Origin: Isurus oxyrinchus
Taxonomy: Eukaryota
DNA length: 64,000 nt
Assembly (NCBI GenBank): GCA_026770705.1
Contig: JANJGN010000021.1
Coordinates: 90,520,001 to 90,584,000 of the forward strand
Direction: 5' to 3'
Made by a program: the position numbers and the translations under genes. A model generated the notes under the pieces. It made no database searches and was not told where the DNA came from. It saw nothing but the letters and a program-made list of their open reading frames with translations. Within the stretch, counting starts at the first letter, position 1; every line of letters starts with the position of its first letter. This document shows positions 25,650 through 38,919 of the stretch, piece after piece.

Positions 25650-25887
25650 AAAACAGAAATTGCTGGAAAACCTCAGCAGGCCTAAAAGCATCTGCAGAGG
25701 AAAAAAAGAATTAACATCTCGAGTCCATATGACACTTCTTCAGAACTCTTAAGCTGAGCCTTACGGACTTGAGACGTTAACTCCGTTTTTTTTTTCTCTC
25801 TCCACAGATGCTGTTAGACCTGCTAGGTTTTTCATGCATTTTCTGTTTTGTTTCAGATTGCCAGCAGATGCAATAATTTGCTTTTAC
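25650..25887. repeat. Inverted pair of hammerhead-type short repeats
   Basis: aaacagaaattgctggaaaacctcagcagg..gcatctgcagag mirrored by ctccacagatgctgttagacctgctagg..ttctgtttt. Confidence 0.75.
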
Positions 25888-26289
25888 TAAACTGAATCCT
25901 CTTCGTCCTTTTAATTCACCCTGACTGTTACATGAACAAATAATTAATATATTTGTACAAAATGACTTTCCTCTCACAAAATCATGTTGACTCTGCCTGT
26001 TTATGATACTATTTTCTAAATGACCTGCTACTTTCTCCTTAACATGTTCATCTAACTGACCTTTAGGGTCCTGCTTTATGACACCCCCACATTTTCAGAA
26101 AAAGATATGTTACATTTGTGGATTTCTATCCTTGAGACCATTCAACAATGCACAAAATTTTTGTAAGGATACAATAAATATATCCACAATTTCTGCAGTC
26201 GCTTCATTTGAGGTTCTATGTTGCAGTCCATCATAGGCGGGGACATGTCAGCCTTAAATATTTTTTTCTCCTACATGTGAAATCATTGT

Positions 26290-27320
26290 CGGTGGTGAGG
26301 CCAGTATATGTTGGCCATGCCTAATTGACCTTGTTGGTGAGATGCCTTCTTAAACTGCTGCAGTCCATATGGTTTGGACGCATCCACAGTGTTGTTAGGG
26401 AGGGTGTACCAGGGTTCTGAAGAAATGAAAGAATGCAATATATGTTCAAGTGAGGACGGTGAGTGCCTTGGCGGGGAAATTACAGGCAGCGGTGTTCACA
26501 TATGTCTGCTACCCTTTTATTTCAAGATCCTGGCATTCCCGCCCTTGGTAGGTACTTTCCAAGGACCCTTGGTGGGTTCCTGTACTGCAACTCCCAGGTC
26601 GTACATAGTGCTGCCATTGCACCTCGGTGATGCAGGGAACCAATCCTTCTGGATGGTCTGCCAATCAAACGGGATGTTTTGTTCGGATTAGTATCAACCT
26701 TATTGTGTGCTGTTGGAGCTGAAATTATACAAGCAAGTAGATAGCATACCTTGACACTCCTGACTTATTCCTTGCAGATAGTAGAAAGGGTATGGTGAAT
26801 CAAGTGTTGAGTTATGCGCCAGAGTATTCCCATGCTCTGATCTGTTCTTCTAGCCAGAGTATTCATATGTCACTTGTCAGTGCAAGCCTGGGTATTGTCA
26901 ATGCCTTGCTACATTTGTACAAGGCCTGCTCCACTACCTGAGGAGTCACGAATGATGCCAAACATTGTGCATTTATCAGTGAACATTGCCATTTCTGACC
27001 TTATGATGGAAGGAAGGTGATTGATAAAGGAGCTGTGGATGGTTGGGACAAGAATACTACCCTGAGGAACTCTTGTTTTGAGGCCTGGATCTGAGGTGGT
27101 TCGCCCTCAACAACTGCAACCTTCTTCATTTCTGCTAGGTTTTGAATGCAACAAGGAGATTTTTCTCCTTGATTCTGTTGACTCTAGTTTTCCTAGGGTT
27201 CTTTCATTCTACATTCAATCAAATGTTGCTTTGAAGTTAAAGCAGTCATTCTCAATTTACCTCTGGTGTTCAGGTCTTTTGTCCATGTTTGAACCAAGGC
27301 TGTAATGAGGTCAGGAGCTG
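26290..27320 (-). mobile_element. LINE fragment of the 18890/20220 family
   Basis: Shares ttatgatggaaggaaggtgattgat and gtccatgtttgaaccaaggctgtaatgaggtcagga with 21075-21420. Confidence 0.85.
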
Positions 27321-27797
27321 ATTTTGATTAGAATTGCAATAATGGTAATTGATTGCAGAATTTCCACGCTGCCTTTTTCTACTTGATTTTCAACTATTGT
27401 TGTTTTGATTTTCTCATCTTGTGCTGGAAGACTCATAAGGTTTACGTGCTCATAACCCCTGGCATTTCCTAATTTCTCTTTTTTAATCGCCTTTGATGGG
27501 AAAATCAATTTTCTTACTCGTTTCCTTTTTTATTAACACGTCAATGCTTACTTACTATCCTTTTTAGTAGCCTGCTACTTGTTAGTGAAAGTTCAATTTC
27601 AGCCTCTTAATTATTGGTTTCGTCAATTTTTGCTAGTTTCAAAATATTTCCCAGCCCTCTGTTCTGCAATGAATCTTAACACCACTGAATATCATTTTTT
27701 AAAATTGTACCACCGCAACTTATTCCCTTAGGCAGGGAAGGCCATCTTTCTGGTACAGCCTATCTCCCCGAGTGAAATAGATCTTCGTTGAGAGTTA

Positions 27798-28520
27798 TGG
27801 GTCAGATATTTACCAGCAAGTTCTGAGGCGTGGGTTGAGTGGAGCATGAAATTGTAGGAAAGGTGTTTCTTCCGCGTTTCCACGGACCTTGGCCACTCCC
27901 TGACTTTATATTGGGGTGAACAATGAAATGGACGGGAAACCCGCGCTTGCTCCAGTTGGGGCCCTTTGGAGGTCGATTATTGGAAACTCAATGGCCTTTT
28001 TCGGGCAAGACTCAATTGTTTTGGCCCTCGAGAAATTTGAAGTTCCATGTGGAGGAAGGCTAAAATTCAATTGAGTAAAATCTTGGACGGGAGTTGGGTG
28101 TCAGGAGGCACATCTATCAGAAGTCCACTGGTGAAGTCGAGAGTCCTCCCGTCCTCCCTCACCCCATCCCATCTATGCCCCAAATGCCTTTTCCCCGGGT
28201 TCCTGATCGCCTCTTCGTGCCCCTGGCATTGGCTGCTCTCCCGGTTATAGTACTCCTTCAACATACCTGGGACTCCAGAAATTTATCTTAGGCTTCACCC
28301 TGTATTTCTTCTACTGCTGCAGTGGTTGGAAAGTTGCCTGCCAATCAGATTTGGCGACAGCTCTTTAAGGCACGACTTCCCCCTGAGTGAGGGGCGGAAG
28401 ACCTGGCTGCAGCCACATAACTGTCACTGGAACATGAAATAGCTGTGGGGCACTCCGCATCGGCTGGGAATGCTTCACGTGGTGGGAAGCGAGATTTCCC
28501 TATCCAGAAAATTCAAGCGC
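27798..28520. mobile_element. GC-rich MITE-like non-autonomous element
   Basis: Starts gggtcagatattt, ends aaaattcaagc; internal C-rich tract; related to 29183-29915. Confidence 0.45.
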
Positions 28521-29182
28521 AGATTTTTGGCCCTGACAAGTCAGTCACTGCATCTTTACGGTTTTGCACATTGACCTATTTAACAGTTTACTTTTTTACA
28601 CAGCCTTGTAATTGCCTTCATATAAGCTTAAGTAACAGGTTATCGACCCTCAGGTTTTCACTGTCAAGCTGAAGTGAAAATTATTCAGGCTGCATATGAC
28701 ACTTCTATTAAAGGTTTTTAATTAAACCCGTCTAACTACAAAATACCAGGTCCAAAATAACCTGGCCCTTATAGGCTTCACAATATATGGCTCTCAGATA
28801 TAGTCCCTATTGCACTCTAAACATTTCTCCCAGTCCACAGTGCCAATTTCTTTCTTACAAAGCTATGATAACATTTTAATCTCCCATGATTATTTTTCAC
28901 AAATCCGAATTTAATCTGATGGATGCGATGCCCGATTGTGTAATTGCTGTGAAGGGGCCCTTTTAATACTCCAGCCAGAAACTTATTTCCTTTGTTATTT
29001 CTCACACTGCCTAAAATATTTCTGATCCTTGACGTTCTAAAATTGTCTTTTAATAGTGTTTTAATCACTTTTGTACTCATCCCAACATTTATGAAAAGAG
29101 CTATCCTACCTCCATTTCGTTACTCTTACACTTCCAAGTACATATGAATGTATAAGTCATTAGGATGGTTAATTTGCTACAA

Positions 29183-29915
29183 TGGACAGAATTTCACATT
29201 CCTCTGCTGGCTCCATTGTAGGTGGTTGTGAGTGTAAAATTATTCCAAAAGAGTTCCCTGTGGGTTTCAGCCCGCATCAACCTTTGCACAATTTCAAGCT
29301 GCAACAAGCGAGATCCAGGCTGGCCCTGCCTTTGCCCTTAGTTGGCTAATTATTGACCCCTTAACATGGGTTTCCCACCCCGCCTCAGTTTTCCGGCTGG
29401 CGGGAGGATACCTGGAGCATGTGGGAGTGTAAAAATGAAACACGTTCTGGCCTTATGTGAGAATGTGTGGGGGCGTCTCCATCAGGAGCCCGTTTTAGCA
29501 TTGGGCACCCGCCTCCCACCCCGGAATGTCCAATCACCGAAAGATCTGCTGGCCCCACACCCGGCCTCTCCATGGACATGTCAATAACTCTATGTTCAAC
29601 CCCAGCCCTCAACTACAATCCCCAATCTAAGACACCTAAAATACACCTTATCCTGGGCTCTTGAAATTTATGTTGTGGGCATCGCTTTCAGTAGCAGTCC
29701 TGCCTAATTCAGCTTCTAGAACTCGAGGAACTCGCGATCTGCTAGCCCAGCTGCTGCGAGCTCACAGGCAGGAATTCTTCGAATGAGGGGCCGAAGCCCC
29801 ACCCCCAATCAATTAATGAAGAGTTAGATGGCTGCAGGACAGGCATTATCTGTGGCGATGTATTTTTTACTCTCCTCAGATGGTAGGGTTGCAAACCCGC
29901 CATCCTAAAACTCCT
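29183..29915. mobile_element. GC-rich MITE-like non-autonomous element
   Basis: Starts ggacagaatttc; internal tgagggggccgaag motif parallels tgaggggcggaag at 28389. Confidence 0.45.
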
Positions 29916-30361
29916 CGTCTATAACTCTATCTTGGCTATCATAACAGACACATTTATTTCTTTTGTGCAATCAATTCTCCCAGAATGTTTGGAATGATGT
30001 GAACATTCAGTTAAGACGCCTTTGATTCTGCATTTGTTTCCTCGTTTTTCCCTGCTTTGACCTTGTTCACAGGTATAACTTTGTATTTCAACGTTCTGTA
30101 CCTTCCTGGCATAAACTGGTTTTCATTACACATATTGTTATCCTACACTACTGCCTTTTCCTATTCCTTTAGCTTTCCATATCTCATGTCAATTGATCCC
30201 ACTGCCATGGTTTACCCCAATACAGGTGCAATGACTATGAAAAGATATCCACTTCTCCCACATCAATCTTTAAGCCACACATTCAAATCCATGATCTTAT
30301 TTATGCTTTTCCAATTCTCTAAAGGCTATTCATTTGATCGTACAGTCGTTGATCATTGCTT

Positions 30362-31620
30362 AAAAAAAGACACCTTGTCGAAGCTTTTCTTCTTGTAGTT
30401 GTCAGCATGGACGCAGGAATAAGACATTTCAAAGGGAGAAACAATTTATACTGCATGACAACTAGTGCTTATTGCTTGGCAAGTTAGCTCTGACACGCCG
30501 AAACTTTGCCATGAAACATATATCATGGAGCTATTGCACCTATTTCCCACCCCGAACTATTGAACAATCCGTTAGTTGTTCGGGTATACAACTACGTAGC
30601 TGGCATTGCACTGACACTGAAATTTCTATATCATAATATTAAATTGTGTGGCAGGCGAAATATAGTTTTGGTTTCAATGGCAGCATTCTGGTACTGGAAA
30701 AAACAACCAGATTGCTGCTGCATTGTAGCACAATCAGACTGCTCGCTTGAACTCTTCTGAATTTTGTTGAGATACCTTGCACTTCCAGTATGATATGAGC
30801 TAGAATGCATATTTTTCAGGTCCAGGCGCGGGGGCTTCAGAATTATTCGTGAGTATGTCTGAGCAATGACCTGTTTGTGGTAGTCATTATGCACAGGAAA
30901 ACAATAGTGTGCCGAATTCAGACATAATCATACAAGGTCTGCAAATGGGCCTGCTCCAGTTTATGAGATTGCTTGAAAGGTCAATGATTTAATATTTGTT
31001 GTTGCAGTAATTCCAAAGCACATATTGAGCAGTCAGGGCAAGCTTGCAGTATAATTTAGCAGAGAATACATTAGAAGATTTCACAACTAGCACATGAAGG
31101 ATTTGGAGCTTACACATTAAAGTGTGAAAGGAAATTATCACATTCAGGTGTCAATTCAAATATAGCAAACCTGTCAACTATGTGTCCGAAATATGGACGG
31201 AGTGGAAGGTTAGGGATATTTCCATTCAAAATCCGTTTCTCTTGGAAACTGTTTGAAATGTTAACGTGAGCTCTGCCTAGAAGGAGCCCCGAGGAAACGC
31301 TATCCAAGTGCCTGTAGAATGTGACATTAAAACTAAAATGTGAGAGTTGCGAAGTTCATAAGTTCAATGAATGCCATGATAAAGTAATGAGGCACAAATA
31401 TCCATGGCTTCCTTGAGTTCCACACTGAATAGGCTCTCAATGTCGAACAAGTAAATAGGCACACACTTGGTATCGATACATAGGTCAAATGCAACCTTTA
31501 TAAATTTGAAGGAATCATTTACCTTATTTATGGAATACTCCCTCAGAACCTTTCATTGTCAAATCAGGTTGTGCAGAATCAGTCATAGATAAGAAACCGC
31601 ATCAGGGGCAATCACCTTTC
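30362..31620 (-). mobile_element. Decayed Penelope-like element (RT, GIY-YIG, terminal repeat)
   Basis: GLLLGRAHVNI..PYFGHIVDRFAIFE (degenerate GSPLGP..YFRYVDDTFAIFE); KFQCQCNASYV; 30362-30540 homologous to 56750-56945. Confidence 0.8.
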
Positions 31621-31624
31621 TTAG

Positions 31625-32900
31625 AGGACGTGACAGGTTGCATAAAGACAGGATGTTTCCCCTGGCTAGTCAGTCTGAACTCAGGAGATATTCTCTCAGG
31701 ATACGCAGTGGGCCATTGAAGACACAGATGAGGAGGAATTTCTTCACTCAGAAGATGGTGAATCTTTGGAATTCCCTACCCAAAAGGGCTGGGGAAATTC
31801 AAACATTGAGAATATGCAAGACAAAAATTGATAGATTTCTGGAGACTAAAGACATCAAGGGCTATACAGATAGATCGGATAAATGGGATTGAAGTAGGTG
31901 ACTAGCCATGTTCTAGTTGAATGGAGAGCAGGCTCGAGGGGGAATGGCCTTCTCCTGTTGGTATATAAGTCGGCACCTGCCATAATGAATAATTTGAGGG
32001 CTCCAGTATTTATGAACAATGTTAATGATTTGCACGAAGGGACCACTTGTGTTGTAGGCAACTTTATAGTTTAAGTGAAAAGGCAAACATTTGGCTTTTG
32101 GAGTGTCATGTGGGAAATGTGAGACTTTCCACTTTTACAAGAAGAATCAAAAAACAGAATATCATTCAAATGGAGAGAGGCTGCTTAACACTGCAGTACA
32201 GAGATTGTCATTGTACATAAATCATTAAATATTAGCATGCAGGTACTCAAATAATTGAGAAGGCAAATGGACTGTTGGGCTTTCTTGCACGAGATTGGAG
32301 TGCAGAAGTATGAATAGCTTTCCACGATTGTTCCAGTTATCTTTAGGACCGCAGCTCACGCTTGTGTATTGTTCAGCTATCTTTAATAAGGAGTGAATTA
32401 ATTGAATTGGAAGCAATTCAAATATGGTTCACCAGGCTGATTACTGGGATGAGGGGGCTGTCCTATTGTAGAATGTTGAGGACGTTCGCTCAATGCTCAT
32501 TGGAATCTGTCAGAATGTGAGATGGTACTATTAAAACATATACGATCCTGAAAGTACTGGTTATTTTAGACGCTGAGGCACTATTTTCCTTCGTGAGAGA
32601 ATCTATCAACAAAGGCCATAGTTTTGAAAATAAGAGTGCTGCCATTTAAGAAGCATATGTGGAGGAAGTTAGTTTTGAGAATTCTTCTTGACAAAGAGCA
32701 GTAGAGGTAGGTAAATATATTAAATTAACTTCTGAGGTAGACATACTTATTTCATTTATCTACAAGGGATTCAAAGGTCATGGGCAGGCGGCTGGCAGGA
32801 AAGTTGGGCCAAGGCCAGAAGAATATCTGTCATCATCTTAAGGAATGATGGAACTGAGTTGCGTGGACGAATGGACTAATCCTGCTACAATCTTATGAGC
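31625..32900 (+). mobile_element. Two tandem CR1 3' fragments
   Basis: MRRNFFTQKMVNLWNSLP..IDRFL; tails gaatggccttctcctgtt and gaatggactaatcctgct. Confidence 0.85.
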
Positions 32901-34899
32901 TTAGTCTCTAATCTGTTGCTGTATATTCTTGCCTTATCTTCACCGATGAATGAGTGCATCACCCCAAACAGGTTAAATGCATTGAACTATTTTAATATTG
33001 ATCTAATTATCTTCTTTTGTTGAATAGAACTTGGAAAGCTACATCAAAATTCAAATTAGTATTAATGTCCACTTACTGTCAACTCAGAGGCTTTGTGACA
33101 TTAAGGCATATATATTGAATATTGCAATGAATGCTTATCATGTGAGGCTCTGAGAAAGTGAGTGAAGTTATGCTGGCCGATGTGTATGCACAGAATTGGA
33201 AGGGAATCTCACAACTGGGTGAATTTGTGTTTTTGTTTTCATTAAAACGCCATATTAGCAAACCATGTCTTCGTGTGGAAAGTGGCATGAAGCTAATTCT
33301 GACTGGCGATCTATATAAAGATAATAGAAGTAATTATAAGTAAGTGGAAATGTAGATGAGGCCATATCGCATCTTTTTCCCATCAAACCAGCCACCACAT
33401 TTGCCTCCGCATTTTCATAAGTTAGATGGTGTGTGTGAAAGCAGCCAACAGAGTTTTACTCATTTTGAGTATTGTAAAACATAACACTACATCCATCACT
33501 TGGAACTGTGCAAATCATTATACTTTTAACAACTAGGTAACACAAACAATAATTAAAAGGTATATATACCTCCTTTTACATAATAACGCGCCCACGACAC
33601 TGCACAGGAACAAAATTTGGCAGCAAGACACATAAGGCGATATCATGGCAAAAGTTCAAAGATGTCACTTTTTATAATCCCCGTAATCGTGAAGAGTTAA
33701 TAAAGGTGGTTAAAATGTTTAGGTGTGAATTACAAAACTGAGTGCTTGAACAGTCGAGGTCACTGTTGTTATTTGCATAGTGCTTAAAGTCTGGGATGCT
33801 CAAGTGGTCCGAAGTTAGAGAGTGCATCGCAGTTCTCGAGGGGCAAGAGGGGAAATGAAAACATCCAGTGTGAGGAGGCATGGAGTAATTTGTAATGAAT
33901 TAGGACAATACTAATATTAGAGGTATTGCCATTATTTAATTGGAAGGAAATTTTTATCATCCATTCCAAGTCAGACAATAACTGTGACAAATCGAGACGG
34001 GACTGCTCCAGAGATTTGTTGATGACATAGAAGTGAATATTTTCAATCATAACACAATGTGCTTTTTTTTGCATTATGTGGCACATGGACAGCATGCAGA
34101 GTGGAAAAAAAGTGGCAACCAAGGACAAGTGGTTGGCAGCTGCAGATATTACTGAGAGCAGAGAAAAGGCTATTACAGATGATATTTTGGCGAAGTTTGA
34201 ATAGAAAAAGAATAGAACACAATGAGAGCAGTCATGTCGAAATGCACCTGGGAGACAGTCTTTGGATTGTTTAATCAATGGGATAAAACGCTGACGTACG
34301 TCATAATAGTTGGGGACACATTATTTTTCAAAAAAAAAGCATACCTTGCAAAATGCGTCATTTGTGACATTCAAACGAATTTATAATGTTGCGGTAGCGC
34401 GCAAAATCAACATGCGTCTTTCAAGTCATAATTTGAAAGGCAGAACATTATTCTCAATAAAATTTCAAGTCATCGGATTGAAAACTAGAATACATATTGC
34501 CCTTATGCAATCGCGCAACATGGGCGACTTCACATCAATCGGTTCTTGCACGGCTAGATTTCAATTCATTCTCATTGATTGTAGTGAATCCAAATACATG
34601 ACAGAGATTTAACAGGCAACACATGCAATCATATGCCGTTAGTAGTCCCGCCTGATGTAATTTTCGGCATCATATCTAGACAACAGTTAATTTAGGAACT
34701 GATCGCTAACCTTACAAGTAATTTTCTATTATTTGTTGTTAGATATGACTGATAAGGGCAGCAGATTTTAACAGTCCTGAACAGCCTTTGAGTAGGTACG
34801 GATGCGATAAAATTTTGAAACCGGTACAGTCACGTGCTGTAGGCATACTGCAGTGCCACTAGACACGTTTCCAGGATAGACCCAGAGACATCGAAAGGG

Positions 34900-35330
34900 C
34901 TGGGGAAAAAAAAATTTCTGGATGATGTGTGGATTTCAGGATAACTTGCAGATTCTGTCCTTCCCATGCGTCAGCTGTCCTTTTCCATCAGTCTGATGGA
35001 GATCGCAGCTTCGCAAGCTGTTGTTGGATGCGCCTTCGCCAGTTACTACAGTGAATCTCAGACATAACCCGCTGCTGCCACAGTGCTCTGGTGATTGGGG
35101 AAGTGAAGGACTAAGGTGTTACTTCTGTGTTGATAAACTGGCTGTTTTGTTTTGGGTGGTGCTAAATTCTCGATGTGGTAGGAGGTATAGGAAAATATTC
35201 CATCACAATCCTGACCTGCGCCTGCTGCAAGCTATGGGGAGTCAGTTTGTGCGCTACTGTCCGCAGAACTCTCAGCAGTTTGAATTTCACCTGATCAGTT
35301 GTGCAGGATTGGCATTCAATTCTTCAACAT
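34900..35330 (-). mobile_element. Old LINE 3' fragment of the 18890/20220 family
   Basis: ttcccatgcgtcagctgtcctt and atattccatcacaatcctgacctg match the other copies. Confidence 0.55.
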
Positions 35331-35805
35331 GTTGATCATGATCACAATTCACCGGTAATGCTGATATTCTGCCTGCGGTTTGACATCAAACCTCACCTGA
35401 TTCACTGTTGTCCTTCAGCGAGGGAAAATTACCCTGGCCTCCGCTACATGTGACTCCAGATGAAGTGCGGATAGGTGGGTTATAACTGACCTCTCAAAAC
35501 ATTTCAAGTTACTCGGTTGTATCAAGCCCATGTTCTTGTTCCGTTAATGAATACTTCAGCTTATCACTTGGTTATTGAGTTGTTTCCACGTATTATTCAT
35601 TTAAGTCACATTTGTGTGGAGGAAAGAGCTTGCAGGAAAAAGAATGATTGTGGAAATTTTTCATGCAGTTTACACCATTGTGGTGTTAGCAATTTGTGAA
35701 ACAAAACAAAAGCGACACAGATTTTTCCATCCCGACAAAATTATGCTCGTGCGATTTGAGGAGAAATTGCGGTGTTTGAGAATCAGTGACTTGTTGGCGT
35801 TGTAG

Positions 35806-35832
35806 AAAATGCATGTGTAGAGAATGGCAAAG
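35806..35832 (+). CDS. Candidate 27-nt phase-1 micro-exon, (E)NACVENGK
   Basis: Weak acceptor ttgttggcgttgtag, donor AAG|gtgaat; same length and phase as neighbouring exons. Confidence 0.4.
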
Positions 35833-36344
35833 GTGAATTCTCTTTAACAGGACACTGTGACGGATTTGACTCTTTTACGTGGGGGGAAAATTCGGCATTG
35901 CTCTTTTAGAAATCTGGTTATTCATATTTCAAGCAGATAGGGATAAGGGAAATTTCAGATTTTTGAACTAGAATACCACAGGAGCAATGAGAAACAAGTA
36001 TGCTTGCATTGTTAGATGACAAAAAGCTACTGGAATGTTACTTTTTTACTTCGAGGTAATTGTGGTGTTTCCGAGCCCCTGAGCACAGACAATTTCGCGC
36101 ACATACTGTGCAATTGGAAACTGGCTGCTTGTTGCAAAGCATCACTTTTGGCCATAAAAACACTTCACCAAATAATTAGGTTTATGTACAAATTACCCGC
36201 TAATCCGACACAAGGTAGCGGCACTGCATCTGGAAAAAAAAAATGTGCTTTGAACGTACTGACCCAGCTATATTCCAGGTAAGTATTCAAAATAACGACT
36301 GAAAGAAATCAAACCTGCTGAAACGTTTCCCCTTTATGCTGCAG

Positions 36345-36380
36345 AGCTGGAAACATTGCGATCTTCTTTTCAAGTTACAG
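36345..36380 (+). CDS. 36-nt symmetric phase-1 micro-exon, (E)LETLRSSFQVT
   Basis: Acceptor tttcccctttatgctgcag, donor CAG|gtgaga; same length and hydrophobic spacing as exon 4970-5005. Confidence 0.75.
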
Positions 36381-37104
36381 GTGAGAAAATTGGATTCAAA
36401 GTGCATTGATTTGATTCAAGATCAAATTCTTGAAACCTCAGGAGTAACATTATTAGATTCCGGTGGAACATCATTTTCTCAAACTGCCTTCTTTCCCGCG
36501 TAGAGTGTGAAATACGATTAACTTGCATGGGTGTTGTGCGAAGGGAAGTTACATTGAGGGAAGTTATAGCTGCTGTGAAAATATGACCTTAGTCATCAGA
36601 ATGATTTGTTCCATTATATGAGAGCTCAAAGATACCATGTAGGTATGGCTGAATGCTAAGTATTTGTTTTCATCCAATGGTTTTGGTTATCATCTTAAGC
36701 TCCCTTTGCGCGTAAATATTAGTTAAATTGTTATAATTTTCTGATATGGAATTTCGTGGCAATTCGAGGAGTATTTCCAACACACTTCACCAGTCTTGAG
36801 TTAAATATGCCAAGCAATCCTGTTTATATCATCACTGTCATTGATCATAGGCATAGCAATTAAGAGATGGTTCTTGCATTTTTATGTGTAAACACTTGTA
36901 AGACTCCAGGGAAGTTAAGAAACTTGCTGAAAACGAATTCATTTATAGGCGCCCGTTTCCGAGACAAGTTATAACACAGCAATGACAGCATCTTTACAGA
37001 ACTATAATATAATATATTACAATATAGTAAGCCCCATTTGATCTAATTTCCCCTGTACCTTGCGGGAGAAATCATAATCTAATCCTATTTTTATTTTATC
37101 TGCA

Positions 37105-37650
37105 GCATTGGGGACTACACCCACTAACAACCCGCCCCCCCCGCCCCCCATCCCACCCGACTACCCACCAGCCTACCATCTTTGGGATTCTTTCCACCCC
37201 CTCCCCCCCGATTCCCCACCCGCGGGACTCTGGCCCCTCCCATAAGTAACTATGTCTGCTGATAGGGAGTCCGAATGGCCGGAATTCCTCCCCCCTCAAC
37301 TTCCCACCCCACCCCAACCCCCACGAGTTCCCACGAGGATGGAAACACTTCTCCCTCCCCTTATCCTACCAGCCTCCAAATCCTTCCCGTTTACCTTATA
37401 GGCTTACATTCTCCGTGGCTTATCAAAGGTATTTTATCTTCGCTGGGCCTTTCACATACCTGCTTTACGGCAGTTGTTGCAGTAAAAAGGAGACCTTGCT
37501 TCCATTCATTCGACGCAGCTACAGATCGACTTTCGGTTCTGAGGACGGGCTGCATAGGGCAGAAGGCGGGGCTAGATAAGATTTCAGGTAAAATAATGGG
37601 AATGGATTGGCAATACGACGCTGTTTGCCTCGCGGAGAAACTTCAGGCCC
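37105..37650 (-). mobile_element. GGGCC-terminated non-autonomous element with G-rich tract on the minus strand
   Basis: Minus strand starts gggcctgaagttt; aggtaaac motif at ~37390 precedes the G-rich tract. Confidence 0.45.
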
Positions 37651-38748
37651 ATAATATTTTAACCCTCTACATTACTGCGTGAAAAGTAAACAGATGAAAC
37701 GCTGAGATGTTATTTCGTTGTGGCTGGCGGAGAAGGAAATTCACTGCCATCTGCTGTCCACATCGCGCACTTCAAATTTCAGGCCTCCACCAATATCCCC
37801 CTGTGGCTGCTGTATGTATCATCTGTAAGATGCAGAGCAACAAATATTCGTTGCTTCTTCAATGGTGATTGGCAAACAAATTAGCTCTAATAATTGTAAG
37901 GATTAGGTCAGCAGGGATTTGGCGAAATGGAACATTGCCAAATGGAAATTAATCCCAATCCAAGCACTCTTCCAAATCCAACTATGACGCTGGTCCTTCA
38001 TGGCCCCTGGAAAACAAAAATATTGGGACTTACTCTCTAACAGTAACGAAACATAAATAGACTTATTGCTTCAAGATGGCAGTTGAATAGCACCTCCTCA
38101 GGGTCAATCCTGTGCAAGCAATGCATGTTCGGCTTGTTTCTGGCGCTAACGGCATCATGAAAAAAATAATAGGTACAGCGCGAAACTATTAGAGAAGCAC
38201 GATTCATTGGAAATATCGACGCAGACTTTTATCAAAAATTACTTCAACACACAAGGAAAACCATGAGGATGAGAAGTTATTTTTCAATATGAAGAGCATC
38301 CCACTAGAATCTTAAATTAGTTAATTAGAGTGCGTTTTTTGGCCTAAATCGAGTTTAATTATGATAGTTGCGGTCGCAGTATTAGAAAAAGAAAGCATGC
38401 GCAAAACCTTAAAAGGTCAATTAGCCAGGCTATCATAAAACCAACTTAATTGGAACCTTAAGTCCTTGAAAGAGGTAAACGTCACAGATAAAATACAGTT
38501 GTTGCCTATATCTGATTCCAGACATTACAACTATGTTATTTTAGTATATCTGTCATGATGACAAATAATCCATGTATTCTTCTGTGTGCTACACAGAGGT
38601 TGGTCTGACAAAGATGAATGAAGTTATATTTCTACACAGTATATTCTTGCCACTTCTGTCCACTTGGGTAAAATCCTAACTCTTTATTTTTTTTTAGAAA
38701 ACAGGTTTTAAGATAATGATTATTAAATATTTATACCAACTACTTTAG

Positions 38749-38775
38749 AAGAGAACAAACATCATGAAAACAATG
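38749..38775 (+). CDS. 27-nt symmetric phase-1 micro-exon, (E)ENKHHENN
   Basis: Acceptor ccaactactttag, donor ATG|gtgagt; intron start gtgagtaacgtaa resembles gtgagtaaacgtaa after exon 16638-16664. Confidence 0.75.
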
Positions 38776-38919
38776 GTGAGTAACGTAAAAGAGAGGCATA
38801 GAACAGCTATGCATTGCATAGGCCTTAGGTGTATTTCCTAGAGAAACCAAGAAAATGAATTGCAGGTGAAATTCGAAAGGGTACGGAATCCAAAGCACTG
38901 ATATCGCATTTGCGGAATT

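Noticed and set aside
36268-36284. Perfect donor CAG|gtaagt
   Set aside because: The nearest acceptor gives 11 nt with a poor pyrimidine tract, and the phase-1 frame has stops just upstream
38698-38704. Strong acceptor with branch-point-like cctaac followed by AAAACAG|gt
   Set aside because: Only 7 nt with a weak donor; extension hits TAA
38842-38865. 24-nt AG..GT segment encoding RNQENELQ
   Set aside because: Open as this peptide in phase 0 but has a TGA in the phase-1 frame used by the other exons
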